Source of the DNA: a virus
Taxonomy: Duplodnaviria > Caudoviricetes
Reading direction: 5' to 3' (one strand)
Length of the DNA stretch: 64,000 nt
IMG/VR virus record: IMGVR_UViG_2772190778_000001
The notes below the pieces were generated by a model. It did not search any database and was not told where the DNA came from. It saw nothing but the letters and a program-made list of their open reading frames with translations. Each line of letters opens with the position of its first letter. Position 1 is the stretch's first letter. Below, in pieces: positions 36,897 through 44,805 of the stretch. A program made the position numbers and the translations under genes.

Positions 36897-37092
36897 CCCG
36901 GACGGAGCGGAAGACTGGTGTCACCTCGGCACCCTGCGGGAGCCGTGACGCCTTGAACTCGCGCGCAATCCGGCGCACGGCCCCGACGTCGTAAAACTCG
37001 AAGGCCTCACAGCCAAGCTCCTCGCGCGTGGGGCGCGCAGGACGCCCAAGCTCCGGGCAGATCATCAGGGCAAGGCGGCGGCGGATGCTCAT
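36646..37092 (-). CDS. Hypothetical protein coupled to cro; 3' part overlaps antisense gene
   Basis: ATGA overlap with cro stop; MSIRRRLALMICPELG. Confidence 0.45.
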   Translation of the reverse strand: MSIRRRLALMICPELGRPARPTREELGCEAFEFYDVGAVRRIAREFKASRLPQGAEVTPVFRSVRVKERQSDEPTQMGSLLHQDTGSFALSNQNVPTPILGQAHRSGECPAAGSDAKACWLCNPEPPGPARSMSGANLGFRYMTGGQE

Positions 37093-37334
37093 GCGGCGTC
37101 CTCCTGATTGGCGGAAGGTCGAGGGATGTCGCGGGGCCATTCAAGGTCGGTGGGCCAGTTGTCAGAGAACCATTCCGCGACTTTTTGGGCGGTCTTTGTG
37201 CGGCAGTCGTAGCCCCCGATTAGCCGCAAGAAGAACTTGCCGTCGTTCACTGCGTAAACGCCTAGCGTCGAAACCTTGAGGCCAGTGTGGCTCGAATAGC
37301 TACTGGCCAGTGCCTGGATTTGTTCGGAATTCAT
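37089..37334 (-). CDS. Cro/Ner-like lytic regulator
   Basis: Divergent from repressor; STLGVYAVNDGKFFLRL...T..KVAEWFSDNWP pattern. Confidence 0.75.
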   Translation of the reverse strand: MNSEQIQALASSYSSHTGLKVSTLGVYAVNDGKFFLRLIGGYDCRTKTAQKVAEWFSDNWPTDLEWPRDIPRPSANQEDAA

Positions 37335-37347
37335 GCTCGCGCCCTTA

Positions 37348-37420
37348 TTTGGCATTTGCCCAACTATAATTTAGGGAAATGCCAAATTGCAAGCATTTTT
37401 TTATTAGGGCATTTGCCCAA
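37348..37420. promoter_or_regulatory. Three operator-like imperfect palindromes in the repressor/cro switch
   Basis: TTTGGCATTTGCCCAA (37348), TTAGGGAAATGCCAAA (37371, inverted), TAGGGCATTTGCCCAA (37405). Confidence 0.75.
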
Positions 37421-37439
37421 AATGGATTAAGGGAGCGTT

Positions 37440-38096
37440 ATGGACTTTGGATCTCTAGTGCTTGCACGGCTCGAGGAGCTGGGAGAAAATGTGAATAGCT
37501 TTGAGGCCAAGTGCGGCTGGCCTCAAGGCTACCTCCGGGCTGTTGTCAGAAACGACGAGAAGCGAACAAGGCCCAATCTGGAGCGGGCTAAGGAGATCGC
37601 CGAGGCGCTCGACCTTGACTTCTACATTGGGCCAAAGCGGGAGACCGGAACGGTCTACACCACCCAGATCGACCACGAAGATTTCGCGGCGATCCCGCGC
37701 GTCGATGCGCGGCTTGCGGCAGGGGCCGGGGCTTTAAACGGAGAAGTCAGCCTTCAGGGCGCACTTGCGTTTCGCCAGGACTGGCTGCGCGAGCGGGGCA
37801 TCTCCCCGGCACAAGCTTGCCTTCTTACCGTTGCCGGTGACAGCATGTCGCCCACTCTGCACGACGGCGACCTCGTCATGATCGACGAGCGCCGCACCAC
37901 AGTTCGAAATCGCCACGTCTACGCCTTCGTCGACGTCGACGGCAGCGCCCGCGTCAAGCGCGTCGAATTGGTACCCGACCAGCTGATCATCCTGACATCT
38001 GACAATGCCGCCCACCCGACCGAAACACGAACCGGCCCGGACATGAACCGCCTGCGCATCCTCGGCGAGATTGTCTGGTCGGCGCATGCCTGGTAG
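37440..38096 (+). CDS. CI-like repressor (HTH + S24 peptidase)
   Basis: N-terminal HTH, LAAGAG, VAGDSMSPTLHDGD (Ser), VKRV (Lys). Confidence 0.92.
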   Translation: MDFGSLVLARLEELGENVNSFEAKCGWPQGYLRAVVRNDEKRTRPNLERAKEIAEALDLDFYIGPKRETGTVYTTQIDHEDFAAIPRVDARLAAGAGALNGEVSLQGALAFRQDWLRERGISPAQACLLTVAGDSMSPTLHDGDLVMIDERRTTVRNRHVYAFVDVDGSARVKRVELVPDQLIILTSDNAAHPTETRTGPDMNRLRILGEIVWSAHAW

Positions 38097-38150
38097 GCCA
38101 ATCCCTTTAGGCACCGGCCTCGCACGAAGATCCTGAATAGGAGGTTTACG

Positions 38151-38633
38151 ATGAAAGCTCCCACTATGCCTGCCGCGCTCATCGCTACTTTTACATTGGC
38201 CTGCTTTGGCTGCGGCCCTTTTTTTAGTGTCGCCACGCCAGCTCTAGCCCAGAGCGCCGCGAGCCAACAAGAAAGTTACAGTGACATCCAGAAGCGGCTG
38301 AAGACCCAACGCCAAGAGCACCAGATGAACGAGCAACGAAGGCTCTTTAAAGAAAGACAGGATCGATTTTGTAAAGAGGTCGACCTAAGGGCGAGCCTTT
38401 CCATTTCTGCTCGGCAGTTCGGAAAGATGACCGTTGAGCAGGCGTTGGAGGAGTACGTCGGCCCAAGCTACGCTTATAACAAAGGGCAGCGCAGCGTTCA
38501 TGAGGCTATCATTTGGGACGCGTTTAGTGTTCCCGTGGCTTATCAGAACGGCTCGGTTCCTTCGCATGTTTTGAGCGACTTTACCGACAAGTGGGTTGGG
38601 TTATGCGAGCGCGGCGAGCTTGGCTGGCCCTGA
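38151..38633 (+). CDS. Exported protein downstream of repressor
   Basis: SD AGGAGG; signal peptide ending ALA; paired Cys (FC...KW..LC). Confidence 0.7.
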   Translation: MKAPTMPAALIATFTLACFGCGPFFSVATPALAQSAASQQESYSDIQKRLKTQRQEHQMNEQRRLFKERQDRFCKEVDLRASLSISARQFGKMTVEQALEEYVGPSYAYNKGQRSVHEAIIWDAFSVPVAYQNGSVPSHVLSDFTDKWVGLCERGELGWP

Positions 38634-38648
38634 TACCACGCCAAAAAA

Positions 38649-38735
38649 CGCGTCCCACTTCCCTTTGCTCTTCAGCCTAGGCCGAGAATGGCTATATTAT
38701 TGATATTAATAGATTAAACATGTAAGTGGGACGCG
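38649..38735. repeat. 12-bp perfect inverted repeat flanking an AT-rich IHF-like site
   Basis: CGCGTCCCACTT (38649-38660) and AAGTGGGACGCG (38724-38735); TATCAATAATATA on the minus strand between them. Confidence 0.65.
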
Positions 38736-38919
38736 GAATAAGAACTGGGCGGACTTGGTCCCAGTTCCGGACCCCTCAAGTGCCTTGATATGGCCTTCTG
38801 AACACCCCTGAAAGGGCCGTTTAAACCCTGTTTTAATGGGGTTTGGCCGCTTTCTGGCGCTTCCCTCGCCCGCGCCCCTCGTCAGCGCCTTTTTTGCCCT
38901 ATCGGCCCTATTTTGCCCT

Positions 38920-39104
38920 TTCACTGCAAACTTCGCGTACCGCCGAGTTGTCCGCCCGATTATCCCGCCAAAGCCCTTATTTCATTGGCCTATCCGGCAA
39001 AGTCCGGCGTCAGTTCGGTTCTTCCGGCATCACTGTAAACTAATGTGTAACCCTACAGCGTGACAGCGAAGTTTGCAGTGAATTACAGTGAAGTTTACAG
39101 CAAC
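38920..39104. repeat. Four 22-bp transposase-binding-type sites (L2, L1 inverted; R1, R2 direct)
   Basis: rev 38920-38941 GGTACGCGAAGTTTGCAGTGAA; rev 39029-39050 TTACACATTAGTTTACAGTGAT; 39061-39082 TGACAGCGAAGTTTGCAGTGAA; 39083-39104 TTACAGTGAAGTTTACAGCAAC. Confidence 0.8.
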
Positions 39105-39322
39105 GCGATTTTGGAAATGACCGAGTCGAGCGTCACTTTGGACATTAGCTCTAGCCTGGCCCTTTGATTTCGTCACGGTTTGTTCGGGATTCAGAGGTCA
39201 CGGTCAAAAGACAATTGTCGCCATTGATCTTGCGCTAAAGTGAAGCCCCCGCCCAAATCCCACTATTGCGTCAACGAACTGCTCTTCTTAGGCTACCGGT
39301 GATAGCAGCAGGTGATACCCGA

Positions 39323-40699
39323 ATGGATTATTACACAATTGGCGTGCTGGTTTGGTTTTTATCAGCACCGCTTTTTTTCATCCTCTTCCTTATTTTCAGA
39401 TCGAAGCTCCGGTCGACACGTAAGCAGATGATTGACCTTGAGGCGTCGACCCAGCGCGTTCGGGAACAGGCCGACGCAAATGTGAAGGCGTCTGACGAAA
39501 AATACAGCTGGATAACCTCGCGAGAAAAAGAAATTGAACGCTTAGAGGCCAGTGCATCGCAACTGCGCAAAGACATTGATGAGTTGCGCACCTCATACAA
39601 GGATAAGAAGTCGACTTTTGATCGGCTACGGCAAGAGGTCGCCTTATACGACGAACGGATAGCTTTCGCGGAACTTGGCGTCTATGAGCCCCATTTCGAC
39701 TTCGGAGATTCTGAGGTTTTCAGGACCGCAATCAACGAAGTCCGTGAAAAGCAGAAGGCCATGGTATCAGCCAAAATGGCGACGGCCTGTCCGACTGATT
39801 GGACCGTGGACGGTAGCAAGTCCAAGGGAGCCGCGATGATCAATCGTCAGACTCGATTGACCCTGCGCGCGTTCAACAGTGAATGCGACGCCGCAATAGC
39901 GAACGCTCGCTGGAACAACGTAAACGCCATGGAGAAGCGTATCTTGAACGCGGAGAAGCAAATCAACGCGGCCAATGCCTCTATGAACCTGACCATTCGC
40001 GGGGAGTATGTTGCTTTGAAGCTTGATGAGCTGCATCTGACCCACGAGTACCGCGAACAGCAGAAGCGCGAGAGGGACGAGCGGGCAGAAAGTGCGCGGC
40101 TGGACCGAGAGGAGAAAAAGCTCCAAGCTGAAGCCGCCGCCGCAGCCGCCGAAGAGAAAAAGTACCAAGAGATGCTTGATAAGGCACGGCAGGAAGTAGG
40201 CGTTGATGAGGAAAGAATCGTAGAACTAGAGCGCGCATTGGCTGAGGCCCACGAGAAGACAGAACGGGCAAAATCCATGGCGGAAATGACGAAGTCTGGG
40301 TATGTCTACATCATCTCGAACGTCGGTAGCTTTGGTGAAGACGTTGTCAAAATCGGATTGACCAGAAGGCTCGATCCAGACGACCGGGTGCGTGAGCTTG
40401 GAGATGCAAGCGTACCGTTTCTGTTTGACACTCATGCCATGATTTATTCTGAAGAAGCTCCGGCTCTCGAGGCCGCTTTGCATCGGGAATTTGAAGAAAG
40501 ACGTGTAAACGCCGCAAACATGCGCAAAGAGTTCTTCCGGGTTTCTCTCGAGGAGGTCGAAGAGGCGGTGAAGCGCCTTGCCACGGGCGCAGAGTTTTTC
40601 AAGGATCGCGAGGCACAGGAGTGGCACGAGACCTTGTGGCGCAGGAAGCAGCTATTGTCTGCCCAAGGAACCGCCGAGGCGTTGCCTGATAATATCTAA
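39323..40699 (+). CDS. DUF4041 / T5orf172 (GIY-YIG-like) protein with N-terminal TM
   Basis: LRAFNSECD, GYVYIISNVGSFGEDVVKIGLTRR, SVPF.FD.HA, RKEFF motifs. Confidence 0.9.
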   Translation: MDYYTIGVLVWFLSAPLFFILFLIFRSKLRSTRKQMIDLEASTQRVREQADANVKASDEKYSWITSREKEIERLEASASQLRKDIDELRTSYKDKKSTFDRLRQEVALYDERIAFAELGVYEPHFDFGDSEVFRTAINEVREKQKAMVSAKMATACPTDWTVDGSKSKGAAMINRQTRLTLRAFNSECDAAIANARWNNVNAMEKRILNAEKQINAANASMNLTIRGEYVALKLDELHLTHEYREQQKRERDERAESARLDREEKKLQAEAAAAAAEEKKYQEMLDKARQEVGVDEERIVELERALAEAHEKTERAKSMAEMTKSGYVYIISNVGSFGEDVVKIGLTRRLDPDDRVRELGDASVPFLFDTHAMIYSEEAPALEAALHREFEERRVNAANMRKEFFRVSLEEVEEAVKRLATGAEFFKDREAQEWHETLWRRKQLLSAQGTAEALPDNI

Positions 40700-40834
40700 C
40701 GAGAACCATTAAAAAAATCGAAGTCAACCGTGACCGCGTCTAAAGAAATTCCTTGAGGTATCCTAATTCGCCAACGTTCGACGGCCGAACCTCATCTTTT
40801 CAACGCCCCTTTAACACCCCGCTAAACACCTCCC

Positions 40835-40873
40835 TCACTCCACATACCGAAACCCCTGCACGGCGCGGGAATG
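40835..40873 (-). pseudogene. Remnant of the last 12 codons of the ABC-GNAT gene
   Basis: HSRAVQGFRYVE* versus HFRAVQGFRYVE*; 37-bp perfect match 40832-40868 = 42323-42359. Confidence 0.8.
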
Positions 40874-41060
40874 TCCCATATGCGCAGGAGGCGGGCTTTG
40901 CAAAGGTGGGATCTTGGCACCGAAGCCGACCTTCGTGACAGCGCAGCGAATGACGGGTCGGAGCCCATTGTGCTGGATGCTGCGTTTTGCACCAACGACT
41001 GTTTTCGCAACAACAATTGAGAAGCAGGTGCGTAACGGACAAGAAAACTCCGGAAACACA

Positions 41061-41954
41061 TTAAAAGCGGAAGTCACGTCCCTTTTTCTTTGCCTTCTGA
41101 CGAAGATCGGATACTCTTTTGCGGCTCTCTTCTGTTAATTCATTGTCAACTTCTGTGAGAGCGGCATTGATCGTTTTCTTCTCGATCAGTAACTCTTTTA
41201 GTAAATTGTTTAATGCGATATCGATTTCGTGAAAGCACGCGAAGACCGACTGATAGCATTCCGAAGCTGGATCTGAATAGTATTGATATTCAACTCCATC
41301 AACTTCAATGCTCTCCACCGTTATCTCGGGTTTATCGAGCTTTTCGAGCTCAACGCTCTCCTTCCAGGTTGCATTGTCGTAAAGAGCAGACGTAGTGCCA
41401 GGAAAAAATGTGTAAGGATTGAATTTTGCGGCATCTTCCAGCTCGAACATCAAGGCTTCGAGCTTCAGTGGAAGATTAGTGGTACTTCTGAGTTTCATGA
41501 TCTCGTAGTGGAAGTTCTTCCTAGTCAGAATATTCTCTATGAATTGCCTCTCAAAACCAAAGGGCGATGGATAGTATTCAACAAATCTAGGTATATAGTC
41601 ACCATGATCGCCTGCCCACTTTTCTTGGAAAAACGGAACTCTTGAATAAAGCTCATCTTTAATTTGGAGGACTGGAATCAACGCATTTTCCAAATCGCTT
41701 CTCATTAAAACCAAACTCTCTCTAGTCGCGGCCAAAGACTGGCGTCGGGTCTCAATGACCTGCCGAGCAGCGTACCAAATTGCAATCACGGTAAATATGG
41801 CTGCAAGGGGATTTATCCAACTTCGCAGGCAGATAACTGGGCTCTCGTCGGCAACACAGAAATAGCTATGGAGAGAAGACGCGTAAAGCCAGGCCGCAAA
41901 CAAAAGTACTACGCTGCCCAACGAAACAGCGCATAGGATGAAAAGTTGTTTCAT
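41061..41954 (-). CDS. AT-rich ORFan with two N-terminal TM helices (alternative start 41984)
   Basis: Long open frame with GC far below flanks; hydrophobic N-terminus. Confidence 0.75.
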   Translation of the reverse strand: MKQLFILCAVSLGSVVLLFAAWLYASSLHSYFCVADESPVICLRSWINPLAAIFTVIAIWYAARQVIETRRQSLAATRESLVLMRSDLENALIPVLQIKDELYSRVPFFQEKWAGDHGDYIPRFVEYYPSPFGFERQFIENILTRKNFHYEIMKLRSTTNLPLKLEALMFELEDAAKFNPYTFFPGTTSALYDNATWKESVELEKLDKPEITVESIEVDGVEYQYYSDPASECYQSVFACFHEIDIALNNLLKELLIEKKTINAALTEVDNELTEESRKRVSDLRQKAKKKGRDFRF

Positions 41955-42325
41955 ACGTTTAGAGTCCCTTTTGCCTTCCACCAACCGTTGGCCAGAGTTG
42001 CCGATGGATACTGAGACGTCAATTGCTTGGTGTGCATTCCTCTGCAGGATCGCCTCGGGCAGCCAATGCTGCCATCAACTAACTCCCCGAAGTGTCCTAG
42101 GGCTTTCAATGGATGCCGTTCACCATTGCCGGGTAGCAATTTACGAGCGGTCATTGTTCTTAACAAGATCAGCGACCTCATCGTCCGCATCCTACCAGTT
42201 CGTGGCCCCCGCGGTGAATGTCAGCTATCGCAAATTCGCGTCTGGGACCGTGGGTCCGCTTCGGGCTGACATCGGTCATTAACTAGGAACATGAGGGGCA
42301 GGTTTAACCCCCCTTAAACACCCCC

Positions 42326-43435
42326 TCACTCCACATACCGAAACCCCTGCACGGCGCGGAAATGGCCGCCATAGCCAGTCCCGGCGGGCTTCAGGCCGCG
42401 ACGCGCCCGGGCAGCGGCGAGGGTCTTCATGCTGCGTTCCTTGGACTGGGCGTAGAGGATGGCGGAGACCTGCGCCCAGAGGGGATCGCGGCGGAGCGCT
42501 GCGGCGAGGCCGGGGTGCGAGGTGTGAAAGAGCATCGGCATCGGTTTGTCGTAGCGGTTCACGCCGCGCCGCCAGAGGGCGCAGACCTCGTTGAGAAAGC
42601 GCAGGCCCAGCCCCGCGCCTTGCCACTCGGGCATGACGACAAGGCGACAGGCGCGGCCCTCGACCAGCCCCGGCCGGGTCGAGACGGCGAGATGCGCCAC
42701 GGGCGCGCCATCGACGAAACCCACGTAGTAATTGGCCGCGATCATGCGGGGCAGCTTCAGGTAGTGATGCGGCTCAAAGGCGGGCCAGAAGGAGCCGTCC
42801 GTCTGGTGAATGTCCATGGCAATGCGCGGTGCCCGTCGAAGACGCCTCCAGCGGAACTCGGCGCGGCGGGTGTCGATCACCCAATCGGGCTGTAGCCATG
42901 ACACCACGTCCTCGTGACAGGTGACGGCGACGAACTGGCCTTTGCCGCGCCGCCACGCCTTGGCAAACGCGGCGGCCCCGATCTGGGCCACGCGCCGGTC
43001 GATGGTCGAGGTGAACTCGTCGAGAATGGCAAAGCTCGGCCGCTCTGCCAGAATGCGCGCCAACTCAGCCCGGAATTGCTCGCCGGTCGAGAGATGGTGG
43101 AAGGGGCGCAGCCAGCTCGGCACGGTGCCAAGGCCCACGGCGGAGAGGGCCGCCGCGACGGCATCGAATGCGCCCTCGGGATCAATCGCGTCGATCAGCG
43201 CGCCCTCGGGCCACGGACGTGGATCAAGCTGCGCGCCAAAGGCCGCGCGGGCAAGCGAGGATTTGCCGCTGCCCGAGGGGCCGACAATGAGGCCGATCTG
43301 CCACGGCCGGGCCAAGAGATCGGCCTCGACCTCGAGGCGGAAATCCGCGTCGCCCTCGACGTTGAAGAGGCTGGAGACCCGGGCCGCGCGGTAGGTGTCC
43401 GGGATGGGGCTAGGGTGGTGGATGGCGAGCTTCAT
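42326..43435 (-). CDS. ABC-ATPase / GNAT fusion (P2 copy)
   Basis: Only a few aa differ from 1-1110; same motifs. Confidence 0.85.
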   Translation of the reverse strand: MKLAIHHPSPIPDTYRAARVSSLFNVEGDADFRLEVEADLLARPWQIGLIVGPSGSGKSSLARAAFGAQLDPRPWPEGALIDAIDPEGAFDAVAAALSAVGLGTVPSWLRPFHHLSTGEQFRAELARILAERPSFAILDEFTSTIDRRVAQIGAAAFAKAWRRGKGQFVAVTCHEDVVSWLQPDWVIDTRRAEFRWRRLRRAPRIAMDIHQTDGSFWPAFEPHHYLKLPRMIAANYYVGFVDGAPVAHLAVSTRPGLVEGRACRLVVMPEWQGAGLGLRFLNEVCALWRRGVNRYDKPMPMLFHTSHPGLAAALRRDPLWAQVSAILYAQSKERSMKTLAAARARRGLKPAGTGYGGHFRAVQGFRYVE

Positions 43436-43614
43436 GTCACCACCACGCGGCATTTGAAGCCCTGACGGCGCAGGCGGCCAAAGGCATCCACTTGGGCGGC
43501 CTCGTCCTCGAGCAGGACAATGACGCCATATTGCCGCCGGTAGCGGGTGCCCTTGGGCAGGCCCGGCGCACCGGGCGGCAGCTCAGGTTTCGGGAGGGTG
43601 GACGATCTTGCCAA
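43432..43614 (-). CDS. 60-aa protein (P2 copy)
   Basis: Near-identical to 1107-1289. Confidence 0.75.
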   Translation of the reverse strand: MARSSTLPKPELPPGAPGLPKGTRYRRQYGVIVLLEDEAAQVDAFGRLRRQGFKCRVVVT

Positions 43615-43786
43615 GTTTGGCTCCTTCTCTTAGCGCATCGCGCTTTGGGGGAAGGGCTCTTGGCCTCGGTGTGTTCATGGCCCGGCATCTTGGGCACTTG
43701 ATCGAGATGCCGGATATCCGCGCGCCTCTCGAAAACTTGAATAACAAACGGCCACATGCGCAGCAACGGGCATCTCGATCTTCCAC
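43583..43786 (-). CDS. com: Com-like zinc-finger regulator (P2 copy)
   Basis: RCCACGRLLFK...IKCPRCRAMN; GAGG + GTG start. Confidence 0.85.
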   Translation of the reverse strand: MEDRDARCCACGRLLFKFSRGARISGISIKCPRCRAMNTPRPRALPPKRDALREGAKLGKIVHPPET

Positions 43787-44361
43787 TTAGAATCACCTCA
43801 TAAGATCACCGCCCCCTTGGGGCAGGGAGCGGCCATGAGGTCTGTCTGGTCGGCGGGGTTTCTGTTTGGTGACGTGGCCCCGTGCCCTAGGGCGCGTTCC
43901 AGAAGCGCGCGCCCTAGGGTCTCTCTCTAGCGCCACAGTGGGGCCAGCGGCCGGTGTGGTTCGCCAGTTTCGCGCGGGGCAATCGGCCATTCCAGATGAA
44001 GGATTTCCGAGGGTCCCACGGCCCCTTGTGCTGTTTGAGCCCTTTGGCGCTGCCAATCTCTGAGCGGGCCGCCGGAGACACACGTATCTCGCCACGATGT
44101 GAACGGGAGTGAGGCCTTATGCGGCCCCGCGGACCTCGACCCTGACCACAGAATCGCCCATTGGTGCCGCGGCTCTCCTCCGAGCTTGGGGCGATGATTT
44201 GTTGTGTTGGTCGGCGGGGCCCTGCGTTTTGCATCCCCGTGCCTCGGGACGTGCCCTCCCTGCGTCCCGAGGCCCCCATGGAGGCAGGCCTATAAGGGTC
44301 ACCAATGGTCTGCGGCATAATCCGCCTGCATCGGGTCCATGGCCAGCAGCGCAGTCAGGAC

Positions 44362-44805
44362 TTAGCTGTCGAACTCTGCTATTTCAGCCTCGAACTGCCC
44401 GAGCGCATCGTCAGTATCCGTTACAGATTGCGACAGGCTAATGGCCTGGATCGTTTCGATCCGCGCCTTTTCCAATTGAGCGCCAATGTCTCTCCACTGG
44501 GCCGCCAGATTCAGAAACACTTGGGCCACTTCGTATGCGCTGCTGCCTGTAGATCCGACTTCTCCGGCAATAAATGGATAGTCTTGTTCCCAGCCTGCCA
44601 CCGTGTTTGGTTCGGGTGTTGCTGCGACGTACGCCAAGGCCTCGGCTTCCTTGGCCATGTAGATCATGGATTGACCCGCAATCGACGTGATGAACCTCGA
44701 CCTGATCTGATCCATTCTCTTGTTGACGGCATCCTTGGCTTTAGCCTTGCAAACGTTCAGTTCGCGCGCTTTGCTCACATCGGAGCGGGACAATATGCGT
44801 GTCAT
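44362..44805 (-). CDS. Tail fibre assembly-type protein
   Basis: RFITSIAGQSMIYMAKEAEALAY pattern; follows tail tip. Confidence 0.65.
   Translation of the reverse strand: MTRILSRSDVSKARELNVCKAKAKDAVNKRMDQIRSRFITSIAGQSMIYMAKEAEALAYVAATPEPNTVAGWEQDYPFIAGEVGSTGSSAYEVAQVFLNLAAQWRDIGAQLEKARIETIQAISLSQSVTDTDDALGQFEAEIAEFDS

Larger units (their letters stand above)
1..39057 (-). mobile_element. Mu-like transposable prophage 1 (right end outside window; left end about 39057)
   Basis: Mu-type gene order: repressor/cro, DDE transposase A, B ATPase, gemA, mor/C, lysis, terS/terL, portal, F, I, capsid, siphophage tail, com module; ends in ...CCCTACA next to 22-bp end-type sites. Confidence 0.93.

Noticed and set aside
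39061-39062. TG at 39061 as an intact right terminus with a GCG spacer
   Set aside because: Would put R1 at the very tip while L1 is 7 nt in, unlike symmetric Mu ends; not fully excluded.
39046-39065. Quasi-palindrome TGTAACCCT-AC-AGCGTGACA as a serine-recombinase crossover site
   Set aside because: Explained more simply by two facing transposon ends; no recombinase gene in the window.
39061-39104. CRISPR-like repeat
   Set aside because: Only two abutting 22-mers without spacers; no cas genes.
39171-40735. GTCACGGT copies at about 39172 and 39197 and an inverted copy near 40727 around the DUF4041 gene
   Set aside because: Only 8-9 bp of match; may be chance, with no target duplication or transposase to support an IS.
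41951-42190. 79-aa ORF upstream of the ORFan
   Set aside because: No SD or motif and overlaps the next start; likely non-coding or decayed sequence.
39105-42300. Host chromosome segment separating the prophages
   Set aside because: No housekeeping gene; end-type sites lie to its left and a phage gene remnant lies within it, so it is treated as P2 cargo (not proven).
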